NCBI GenBank assembly: GCA_041538025.1
Contig: JBGOEV010000009.1
Span: forward strand, 93-64,092
Source of the DNA: Candidatus Thermosaccharophagus gerlachensis
Lineage (GTDB): Bacteria > Armatimonadota > Fervidibacteria > Fervidibacterales > Thermosaccharophagaceae
Direction of reading: 5' to 3'
Length of the DNA: 64,000 nucleotides
Shown here: in pieces, positions 26,728-34,263 of the stretch
Layout of the letters: every line of letters starts with the position of its first letter
Numbering within the stretch: the stretch's first letter is position 1
Notes under the pieces: generated by a model
Told to the model about the DNA's origin: nothing
The model's database searches: none
Seen by the model: only the letters and a program-made list of their open reading frames with translations
Made by a program: the position numbers and the translations under genes

Positions 26728-28824
26728 TCATTCCTCCATGCCACTGTCTTGGGCTTGCTCAGAGGCAACAATTGTTGGTGTAACAAATATAGCGAGTTCG
26801 GTCTCACGCCTCTCAAACCTTCGACTCTTGAACAACTCCCCAAGAACAGGTATTGAGCTCAAGATTGGAACGCGTCTCCAATATTGCACATCCTCGCTGG
26901 TTATTAAACCTGCTAACACAACTCCTTCGCCGGGCTTAAGCTCAAGCTCTGTCTCGTAGCTCCTCGTTCTAAACCCAGGTATTGTTGCGCCACCTATAGT
27001 AACTGCTATTCCGGGAGCTGGTGCACTAACCTCTGTCTGTAACTTCAGTTTGATCATTCCATCGTGTTCAACCGTGCCTGTGATAGTAAGTATGATTCCA
27101 TACTGGCGGAACTCAACAGCCTGCGCAAGCACTCCAGTCCCAAGTGGTGTCTGAACACCGGCTGCAGGACCACCTAACATTGTCACTGGTATCGGTATCT
27201 CACCACCAACTGTGAACTTGGCTTGCTTACCACTTGCAGCAACAGCACTCGGTGCTGAAAGAACTTTTGCAACATTCTTGCTGATAAGCATTTCCAAGAC
27301 GCTCTGAATGTTTGACAAACGTGTGAAAACTCTACCAGTAGTCGCATCCCCAACTTCGCCAAACACCACTCTCTCTGGATGCTGCACACCAAGTTGCTTC
27401 AATGCTTCTCGGTTTATCTCCACAACCCATGCCTCAACACGCAACTGCAATGGTTGCATCACTTGGAGCATGTCAACAACATTCTCTTTGCCAACCATTG
27501 CTTCCGCAATCTTAAGAACTCTCTCACGCTCAATGCTTGTTTTGACGCTACCCTTCAACATAACCTTTTCGCTGCTAAGTTCAATAACATCAACCGTATC
27601 TATGCCTATTAACTCCTTCATCCTTTCGGGGAGTGTTTTAATCTTTACCTCCTCAGGTGGCGCTTCCCGTGGTTTTGGTTCTGGTTGCTTAACTTCAAGT
27701 GGCTTGCTGATCCGCACCAAATTGAGCACCTTCTTCCCAAGGAGTGAAGCAAGCTCGTCAATCGCTTTTTTCTCCTCCTCACTTTTCACCTCCCCAGTGA
27801 ACACATAGCAATCGTGGATGAGTTTCACATCAACTGTTGGTATCCCAAGCAATCCCTTTACTTCGTCAGGCGATGGTAGACGAATGCGCACAAGATTTAA
27901 CACAGTTGTGCCAGCCACCTGAGCTGCTTGTTGCACCCTCTCCATTTCAGCTTGCGTTTCTACTTCACCTTCAATTACAAACACTTCCCCCACACTGCGA
28001 ACTTTTACACCTTCTATCCTGATAAGCTGCTCAAGCTCGCTCGGTTGGAGTGAAGGTTTCTTCGGCTTCTCAACTTCTTCAGGCTTGCGTTCAACCTCCT
28101 CAACACTTATTAGGTCAATCACGTTTTCGGAAAAAAGCTTTGCAACCTTTAATGCTATTTCCTTTTGTTCTCGTGTTGCAACCTTACCGCTTAAGACGAT
28201 AGCGTTATCAATAACTTGAACGAGTATGCCCGCTATCCCGATAGCTGCTGCAACTCGTTCAGCTGATATCTGCACTTGCTCCTTCACAATCACATCGTAA
28301 GTTGAGACACCAACCTCATCAAGTATGACGAGCGTTGCGCTACCTCGTGATTTTCCAACAACTGCGAGCACATCCTGACTCATCACAACCACATCTGCAA
28401 CTGATGGATTGCTTATATGCACACTTAGAAGACGCTTTGCGCGAACGATGATTGATTTACCTACAATAACTTCGATTCGCTTCGGCTGCGCAGGTGATGT
28501 TCGAACTCGTGGTTTCTCAGGTGATGGTTGTTTAGGCTGTCGCTCAGTTGATGTCTTTGGAGCTTGTGAAGGTCTTCCCAGCGATAACGGTATGAGCAGC
28601 TTCTCGCCAACTCGGATTATGTCGGTGTCAAGCTTGTTGTTCGCTTCGCGTAACTTCTGGAGTGGTATGCCATAGCGTTTAGCTATTGAAAAGAGTGTCT
28701 CTCCTTTAACCACAACATGGTATCTGTAAGGCTTATTCAAATCTCCCGTGCGTGAAGGTGAACATACGACAGCGTGAAATAATGTGCAGAGAAGAGCTAA
28801 AAAAGCTTTGCTACTTTTTTCCAC
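26728..28824 (-). CDS. Secretin (CpaC/RcpA-like) with N-terminal LysM, a pilus-N domain and four BON-like repeats
   Basis: LysM: YHVVVKGETLFSIAKRYGIPLQKLREANN. Pil-N: IIVRAKRLLSVHISNPSVADVVVMSQDVLAVVGKSRGSATLVILDE. Four repeats of about 65 aa (..VLSGKVATREQKEIALKVA.., ..VIEGEVETQAEMERVQQAA.., ..VFTGEVKSEEEKKAIDELA.., ..MLKGSVKTSIERERVLKIA..). Secretin core: LSAPSAVAASGKQAKFTVGGEIPIPV...VPILSSIPVLGELFKSRRFERRETELAIFVTPTIV. Confidence 0.85.
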   Translation of the reverse strand: MEKSSKAFLALLCTLFHAVVCSPSRTGDLNKPYRYHVVVKGETLFSIAKRYGIPLQKLREANNKLDTDIIRVGEKLLIPLSLGRPSQAPKTSTERQPKQPSPEKPRVRTSPAQPKRIEVIVGKSIIVRAKRLLSVHISNPSVADVVVMSQDVLAVVGKSRGSATLVILDEVGVSTYDVIVKEQVQISAERVAAAIGIAGILVQVIDNAIVLSGKVATREQKEIALKVAKLFSENVIDLISVEEVERKPEEVEKPKKPSLQPSELEQLIRIEGVKVRSVGEVFVIEGEVETQAEMERVQQAAQVAGTTVLNLVRIRLPSPDEVKGLLGIPTVDVKLIHDCYVFTGEVKSEEEKKAIDELASLLGKKVLNLVRISKPLEVKQPEPKPREAPPEEVKIKTLPERMKELIGIDTVDVIELSSEKVMLKGSVKTSIERERVLKIAEAMVGKENVVDMLQVMQPLQLRVEAWVVEINREALKQLGVQHPERVVFGEVGDATTGRVFTRLSNIQSVLEMLISKNVAKVLSAPSAVAASGKQAKFTVGGEIPIPVTMLGGPAAGVQTPLGTGVLAQAVEFRQYGIILTITGTVEHDGMIKLKLQTEVSAPAPGIAVTIGGATIPGFRTRSYETELELKPGEGVVLAGLITSEDVQYWRRVPILSSIPVLGELFKSRRFERRETELAIFVTPTIVASEQAQDSGMEE

Positions 28825-28866
28825 TCACCTCACCTCCTCAGTATGAAGGCGAAGGAAAAGACCATA

Positions 28867-29334
28867 TCACTTATCCTCGCCGAATCCAGAGGCTGTTTTT
28901 TCGGACGCTTCCTTTACAGCGTTGAGGATAGAGTCAGCGTTATCCTTGACCACCTTTTCAATAAGCTTTTGCAACAGCTGCCCTATTAGAGGCACTTGAT
29001 ACTCGTAAGATATAGTGAGTTTCATCAATGTGCCATCACCATACCTTTCAAAACTCCATTTGCCACTGTAATGGTCCATATCGCCTTCAACCATCTCAAA
29101 CTCGCATATGAGAGAAGTCACATCCCAAACATCCTTTTCAAGCCAGCGCAACTCCTTTTCAAGCATCGGCAGCCTTGCTACCCATTCAGTAATGCGCGTT
29201 ACTCCGTCGTCGTGTATAACTCTCACACTCTCAATATTCCCCATATGCTCCACATACTTTTGAATGTCCCTTGCCACTTGGAAAACAGTTTCTGGGGTTG
29301 CCCTGACAAACTTCTCGCAAGTGATCTCGTGCAT
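28867..29334 (-). CDS. SRPBCC-superfamily (polyketide cyclase/dehydrase-like) protein
   Basis: 155 aa. The pattern (..ATPETVFQVARDIQKY...YSGKWSFERYGDGTLMKLTISYEY...) is typical of START/Bet v1-like ligand-binding proteins. Confidence 0.65.
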   Translation of the reverse strand: MHEITCEKFVRATPETVFQVARDIQKYVEHMGNIESVRVIHDDGVTRITEWVARLPMLEKELRWLEKDVWDVTSLICEFEMVEGDMDHYSGKWSFERYGDGTLMKLTISYEYQVPLIGQLLQKLIEKVVKDNADSILNAVKEASEKTASGFGEDK

Positions 29335-29346
29335 TTTTATCCCCTC

Positions 29347-30594
29347 TTATAAACCGAGCGAGCAAACGAGTCCCTTAGCTTCTGAAAGCGCTTCACGAAA
29401 TGCATTTACCACCTCATCTATTTGCTCTCTCTCAATTATTAGCGGCGGTTCAAACCTTATGACCATAGGGTTATTGAGGGTATATGCCACAAGCACACGC
29501 CTGCGAAACATACCAGCAACTACAAGCGCTGCAACATCTGCATCATTCATTTCAACACCTATTAAAAGACCTTTACCACGCACATCCTTTACGAGGTCTT
29601 CATATTCCTTGCACACCTGCAACAGCGATGCAATAAAGTAGTCCCCATTTATCCTTGCTTTCTCTGAGAGTCGTTCCTCTTGCAAGACTTCAATTGCAGC
29701 ACATGCTGCAGCGCATGCGAGTGGGTTACCTCCCAGTGTTGATGAGTGGATAAGCGGGTTTTCAAACAAACCTTTAAACGACGCTTCGTTTCCAACAGCA
29801 GCACCTATGGGCATGATGCCACCACCAAGTGATTTCGCGAGGGCAACGAGATCTGGAACAACTCCATAGTGCTCCATCGCAAAATTAGCTCCCGTCCGCC
29901 CAAACCCTGTTTGGACTTCATCAAGTATTAGTAGAGCTCCATGTTCATCACATAACCTGCGAACTGCTGGGAGGTAATCTTCTGGTGGAACGATGACACC
30001 ACCTTCACCTTGTATTGGCTCAAGTATAACTGCAGCTGTCTCATCATCTATAGCTGTCCTGAGCGCTTCTACATCCCCATATGGCACATGCTCAAACCAT
30101 TCTAATAATGGTTCAAAAGGAGCCTTGTAAAGATCCCTCCCTGAAGCGCTGAGAGCACCGAGTGTCTTCCCATGGTATGCGTTTTGCGTTGATATTATTT
30201 TGCGCCTGCCTGTTGAAAGGCGTGCGAGCTTTATGCAAGCTTCAACTGCTTCAGCCCCGCTGTGACAGAAAAAGCAGTATTGCAGGTCACCAGGGAGCAA
30301 CTGTGAAAGCATTTTTGCAAGCTTCGCTTGAACAGGGTTAAACAGCATACGAGAGGACAAAGGCATCAACTCAAGTTGCTTCATCACTGCTGAAACTATG
30401 CGTGGATGACGGTGCCCGAAGTTAAGAGCCCCAAAACCGCAAAGGCAATCAATATAGCGATTACCTTCACAATCCTCTACATATACGCCATATGCCTTGC
30501 ACTCAACTGCTTCAACACCAGCGAACTTGAAAAGCTTCGCCAACCCGCGATTGATGTGCTCTTCGTAGAGCTTTATCACTTCGCTGGCTCTCAT
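29347..30594 (-). CDS. Class-III PLP aminotransferase (putrescine/acetylornithine aminotransferase-like)
   Basis: HSGAEAVEACIKLAR...ILDEVQTGFGRTG...VPDLVALAKSLGGGIMPIGA, with the PLP Lys in LAKSLGGG. Start is either ATG 30594 (ATGA overlap with the upstream small ORF) or GTG 30600. Confidence 0.85.
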   Translation of the reverse strand: MRASEVIKLYEEHINRGLAKLFKFAGVEAVECKAYGVYVEDCEGNRYIDCLCGFGALNFGHRHPRIVSAVMKQLELMPLSSRMLFNPVQAKLAKMLSQLLPGDLQYCFFCHSGAEAVEACIKLARLSTGRRKIISTQNAYHGKTLGALSASGRDLYKAPFEPLLEWFEHVPYGDVEALRTAIDDETAAVILEPIQGEGGVIVPPEDYLPAVRRLCDEHGALLILDEVQTGFGRTGANFAMEHYGVVPDLVALAKSLGGGIMPIGAAVGNEASFKGLFENPLIHSSTLGGNPLACAAACAAIEVLQEERLSEKARINGDYFIASLLQVCKEYEDLVKDVRGKGLLIGVEMNDADVAALVVAGMFRRRVLVAYTLNNPMVIRFEPPLIIEREQIDEVVNAFREALSEAKGLVCSLGL

Positions 30595-30770
30595 ACCCAC
30601 ATAGCTTCATCTCCTGTTTGAGGGGATAAACAAATTGCTCTGCTCCTGAAGGTGACAAGATGCCACCAACATTCAAACTCCTCATGAAGTGATGAGGTTA
30701 GTGAGGTTGATGAGATTGATGAGATTGATTTCACATTTACTGTGACGCTTGCTGCGTTGAAATATTGCAT
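30591..30770 (-). CDS. Candidate small ORF (59 aa), Ser-rich, translationally coupled to the aminotransferase
   Basis: ATG 30770 is preceded by AAGGTG at a 6-nt spacing. Sequence: MQYFNAASVTVNVKSISSISSTSLTSSLHEEFECWWHLVTFRSRAICLSPQTGDEAMWV. Its stop TGA overlaps the aminotransferase ATG (ATGA). No homology is known to me, so it may be non-coding. Confidence 0.3.
   Translation of the reverse strand: MQYFNAASVTVNVKSISSISSTSLTSSLHEEFECWWHLVTFRSRAICLSPQTGDEAMWV
30694..30729. repeat. Four tandem 9-bp direct repeats (gaggttagt gaggttgat gagattgat gagattgat)
   Basis: Read directly from the sequence. They lie 95-135 nt upstream of the aminotransferase start, inside the candidate small ORF. Confidence 0.9.
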
Positions 30771-30822
30771 CACCTTCACCTTTTTATTCTTACTGAGGCG
30801 CTAATGTGCTCATGTTACTAAA

Positions 30823-30900
30823 TGGTCGGGGCGGCCGGATTTGAACCGGCGACCTCTAGCCCCCCATGCTAGCGCGCTAACCAAGCTGCGCTACGCCCCG
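30823..30900 (-). tRNA. tRNA-Pro (anticodon GGG), CCA encoded
   Basis: The reverse complement folds by hand into a cloverleaf: cggggcg ta gcgc agcttggtta gcgc g ctagc atggggg gctag aggtc gccgg ttcaaat ccggc cgccccg a cca. It has a 7-bp acceptor stem, a 4-bp D stem, a 5-bp anticodon stem with loop A-U-GGG-G-G, and a TTCAAAT T-loop. Confidence 0.95.
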
Positions 30901-30980
30901 ACCATATACCATCATCTACCTTCATCAATGCATTTTAGCTTCTTATGGCGCATGAGTAAAGAAGGCATAGCTGATGCCAT

Positions 30981-32114
30981 TTACCTTGGACGGCTTAGCA
31001 GTTCAAACACAGAGATCTCATGGATGCTTGTCGCTCTCTGTGAAGGCAAACTGCGCATCCAAAACGGTATAGCATCAAAAGCTTCATAACCATTGCTTGT
31101 CCTTGCCCTCGCAATGAGCAATTGCTGACCCCATCCAATCTCATGTGCGGAGAGTGTTCCTTCCCACTCACTCCATAGTCCATCCCAAACTTTGCGCATC
31201 GGGATCCATGGGCTTCCACCAAGACCCATCTCAACAGAAACAATATCAGCCTCGCGAGCATATGCTTGCACATAAACAGCACAGTCACCAAATACATCTA
31301 AAACATTCACAAGTGGTCTTGGTCCAAGAGTATGTGAACCCCCAACGGAAATGATCGCTACTTGGACGTGCGAAGTTATCTCCCTAAAGAAGGTTCTTAC
31401 GGCGCTGTCTTCAACGAGGATGAGACGGTATCCGGGGCGTGTGAGTATACATCCTTCTGGTAACACTCCAGTTGGATAGAAACCGCAAAGTGCTCCGGTG
31501 CCTATAATTGATATGCCATCAATGATATGCTCGCTGTTCGTATGCATACCACTACAAAGGATGCAAAGAACATTTGCATGCTTCAACCTCTCAAGCAACG
31601 CCTCAGCAGCATCTGGATTCCAAGGTGGTCTAAACATGCCTTCATGTCTTTTCAGCAAAGGTTGCAACATTAAGATAAGCGGCTCGCTTGGGTGTTCATT
31701 GATGAATTTACTCAGTTGATGAAATTGTTCGCTACTCATTGTCCACTCTCTTTCCGGAGCTAAATGAAGCATATCAATTGCAACTATGTTCAATCCACCA
31801 TACTGAAAGAATCTGTCTGGTGTGCCAAATCTGTCAATCCATTTCTGCTTGCCATATGGTATATCGCATTCGCCCGGAAGCAAACATACATCAACGCCAA
31901 GAGCTTCGATAGCATTTTTTGCATAATCAAGTTGTTGGTCATCTCCATTCATCGTTATGTCGCCACATATGAGGGCAACTTCAACAGGCTGTTTCAACGA
32001 ACGCCAATCTTCAACCATCATTTGCCACCAACGGATTACATCCTCAGGAAATACACGTCCTATGCGTGCTCCAAAGTGGATGTCACAAATGTGAGCAATT
32101 AAAGTGTATCCCAT
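30981..32114 (-). CDS. Calcineurin-like metallophosphoesterase with a C-terminal beta-rich domain
   Basis: MGYTLIAHICDIHFG...ALICGDITMNGD...LPGECD are metallophosphoesterase motifs I-III. Start placed at the internal Met, which has GAGGGAGGGA upstream (track start 32213). Confidence 0.75.
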   Translation of the reverse strand: MGYTLIAHICDIHFGARIGRVFPEDVIRWWQMMVEDWRSLKQPVEVALICGDITMNGDDQQLDYAKNAIEALGVDVCLLPGECDIPYGKQKWIDRFGTPDRFFQYGGLNIVAIDMLHLAPEREWTMSSEQFHQLSKFINEHPSEPLILMLQPLLKRHEGMFRPPWNPDAAEALLERLKHANVLCILCSGMHTNSEHIIDGISIIGTGALCGFYPTGVLPEGCILTRPGYRLILVEDSAVRTFFREITSHVQVAIISVGGSHTLGPRPLVNVLDVFGDCAVYVQAYAREADIVSVEMGLGGSPWIPMRKVWDGLWSEWEGTLSAHEIGWGQQLLIARARTSNGYEAFDAIPFWMRSLPSQRATSIHEISVFELLSRPR

Positions 32115-32276
32115 TTTCGTCCCTCCCTCAATAATATTACGACCGCATCTTACAACTGCATCACCTTGCCAAAGCATATCGAAAGCATTTGGGGCGATTT
32201 CAAAAGAGAGCAAACCTTTGACTTGCTTAATACAATGCCATTATGAAGTATTGCCTCAGCAACCCTTTACAGAGAC

Positions 32277-32305
32277 TTGCACAATCACAAAAATTTCGCT
32301 AAAAT
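32277..32305 (+). promoter_or_regulatory. Sigma-70-like promoter candidate for the HU gene (TTGCAC-N17-TAAAAT)
   Basis: acTTGCACaatcacaaaaatttcgcTAAAATtt read directly from the sequence. It lies about 120 nt upstream of the HU start. Confidence 0.4.
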
Positions 32306-32426
32306 TTAAATTGAAGATGTGGTGCAGAGGTTGACAAAGAGGAGGTGATAGAAGAAACACGGCGAACATAAAGTGCAAAATGTATGAGAAGGAAACACAA
32401 CTACAAGGTATGGAGGTGAATGAAGT

Positions 32427-32705
32427 ATGACAAAAGCCGAGCTCGTTGCGGAAGTGAAGAAGAAAGCAGGACTTAAAACAAAGAAGGAAGCGGAGAAGGT
32501 AGTTAACGCGGTGTTTGATACGATTAGAGATGTGCTCAAGCGTAAGGGAGTAGTTAACATTGGCGGATTTGGCTCTTTCAAAGTGCGCAGGACAAAAAAG
32601 CGTTCTGCGCGCAACCCACGCACAGGTGAAATAATTGAAGTGCCAGCCCGCAACGTGCCTGTATTCAGACCAGCAAAGGCGCTAAAAGAAGCCGTCAAGA
32701 AGTAA
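32427..32705 (+). CDS. hup: Nucleoid-associated DNA-binding protein HU
   Basis: MTKAELVAEVKKKAGLKTKKEAEKVVNAVFDTIRDVLKRKGVVNIGGFGSFKVRRTKKRSARNPRTGEIIEVPARNVPVFRPAKALKEAV is a canonical HU/IHF fold sequence. Confidence 0.92.
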   Translation: MTKAELVAEVKKKAGLKTKKEAEKVVNAVFDTIRDVLKRKGVVNIGGFGSFKVRRTKKRSARNPRTGEIIEVPARNVPVFRPAKALKEAVKK

Positions 32706-32729
32706 CCTCAAACAAATACGCAAACCTAA

Positions 32730-32768
32730 ACGCGGGGGAGGTTTAAACCTCCCTCGCGTTCTATTATT
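32730..32768 (+). terminator. Rho-independent terminator of the HU gene
   Basis: acgcgggggaggttt/aaacctccctcgcgt gives a 15-bp stem with one G-U pair. It is followed by tctattatt, and lies 25 nt after the stop codon. Confidence 0.8.
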
Positions 32769-32820
32769 GGTTAGGTTCACCCCGCAATTGGAAAACGCCT
32801 CACCACATGTGAGCATGCAG

Positions 32821-32840
32821 AATGATTACCAATGATTACC
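32821..32840. repeat. Tandem 10-bp direct repeat aatgattacc x2, overlapping a possible promoter of the LamG operon
   Basis: Read directly from the sequence. A possible TTACCT(32836)-N16-CATAAT(32858) promoter overlaps the second copy. The 8-bp palindrome cacatgtg lies just upstream, near 32806. Confidence 0.85.
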
Positions 32841-32954
32841 TAAGCGAGACATTACAACATAATTGAAATGTGGCAAGCTCAGGAGGTTCAGTGAGTTACT
32901 CCGCTAACTCCTTCTCGTTAACTGTATAGTAGACACGATGGGGAGAGCTATGGG

Positions 32955-34259
32955 ATGATTTTTCACGCTTTTGAAAAACGAATACTTGTCCTCTTTGTCA
33001 CCTTGGCGCATGTAATAATTGGTGCATTTTTAATTTGCTCATCTATTGCGGGCTATGCCTTCGCTGGTGGAAGAGGCGAGGAAGCGCTGTTCATATCATT
33101 TGATGAAGAGCCACTCGGGTTGATTCCAAACAGCTGGCAAGTCATTGGTGGTGAATGGCGCACAGCTGTCTCGGAAACGGAACAGGTATTCCAACAGAGT
33201 TTAGCAACTCTGCAGGGTTTGTCTTATGCGCTTTACCTCCCAGCAAATTACACAATATGTGTGCAAGTGCGCCCCATCAAAACAGCTATGCCTTCTGGAG
33301 CAGGGTTGATAGCATACTGGCAAGATACGCAGAACCACTACAGGTTTATGAGTTATGATAACCGTGTGCTTTTGATCAAAGTGAGCAATGGACAAATAGC
33401 GGTTCTAAGCCAACTCGCTTTTCCACTTGAGGTTGGCAAATGGTATTGCATGAAGTTGAGCGTGACAAGTGTTGGCAAGCGCACACTGCTCTATGGGAAA
33501 GTATGGGCTAAAGATGAAAAAGAACCATCGGGCTGGATGCTTGTGAGTGAAGATTTGTCACCTGCGACAACACATGGGTGGGCTGGTCTTTGGTGTGCTA
33601 AAGGTGCTTATGAATTTGATGACTTTGAATTGCTGCTTCACACAAGAGATGGAAAGGAGTCGGTGAGCCTTCGCGATAGTTTTGAGAGTTATGAAATTGG
33701 ACAGGCACCATCTACATGGACTTTTATTGGTGGTGTCTGGCAGATATGTGATAGCAACACAAAAACACTTCAGCAGTTGAACATACTTGATGAATACAGC
33801 TTCAAACACAACTGTTACGCGCTTATACTCGGGTATCACTCATACACTGTCACAGCGAAGATGAGAGCAACCTCTGGTGGCGAAGTTTATGGTGTAGGGC
33901 TCACTTTACATTGGAGAGAACCAAACTCGCATTACGACATTTTAAGTGTTGGTGCAAACAGGCTTATGGTGTGGGCATATAGCCAAGAGGCACTCAAACC
34001 GAGGCTCATTGGGGAGAAGCAATGCACCATTGAGCGATGGAAGTGGCATTACTTTAAAGCGAGGATAAAAGCCACAAGTAAAGCAACGCAACTACAGGTT
34101 AAGGTTTGGCGCTCAGAGCAAAACGAACCACATGAATGGTTAATTGAAACCGATGATGATGCACCTCAGCGCATTTCTTCAGGCACCTTCGGTTTCGTCA
34201 CTCTTGCGACTTCAGTTGAGATAAAGGAAATCAAAGTTGAGTTTGATGCTGAGAGGTGA
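32955..34259 (+). CDS. Secreted/anchored protein with two LamG/DUF1080-like repeats
   Basis: Hydrophobic N-terminus. Two modules of about 185 aa begin FDEEPLGLIPNSWQVIGGEWRTAVSETEQVFQQS and FESYEIGQAPSTWTFIGGVWQICDSNTKTLQQL. Each ends in ..KVW...E.EP..W...... FDDF/IKV. Confidence 0.65.
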   Translation: MIFHAFEKRILVLFVTLAHVIIGAFLICSSIAGYAFAGGRGEEALFISFDEEPLGLIPNSWQVIGGEWRTAVSETEQVFQQSLATLQGLSYALYLPANYTICVQVRPIKTAMPSGAGLIAYWQDTQNHYRFMSYDNRVLLIKVSNGQIAVLSQLAFPLEVGKWYCMKLSVTSVGKRTLLYGKVWAKDEKEPSGWMLVSEDLSPATTHGWAGLWCAKGAYEFDDFELLLHTRDGKESVSLRDSFESYEIGQAPSTWTFIGGVWQICDSNTKTLQQLNILDEYSFKHNCYALILGYHSYTVTAKMRATSGGEVYGVGLTLHWREPNSHYDILSVGANRLMVWAYSQEALKPRLIGEKQCTIERWKWHYFKARIKATSKATQLQVKVWRSEQNEPHEWLIETDDDAPQRISSGTFGFVTLATSVEIKEIKVEFDAER

Positions 34260-34263
34260 GCAA

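Noticed and set aside
30823-32213. tRNA-Pro as a possible integration hotspot for a genomic island.
   Set aside because: No integrase, no duplicated tRNA 3' segment (att repeat) and no phage or transposon genes lie on either side. The neighbours are an aminotransferase and a metallophosphoesterase. The track ORF 30841-31089 that overlaps the tRNA is spurious.
32306-32698. A 130-aa ORF on the minus strand covering the HU locus.
   Set aside because: It is antisense to a canonical HU gene that has its own promoter-like element and a strong terminator. Its translation is low-complexity.
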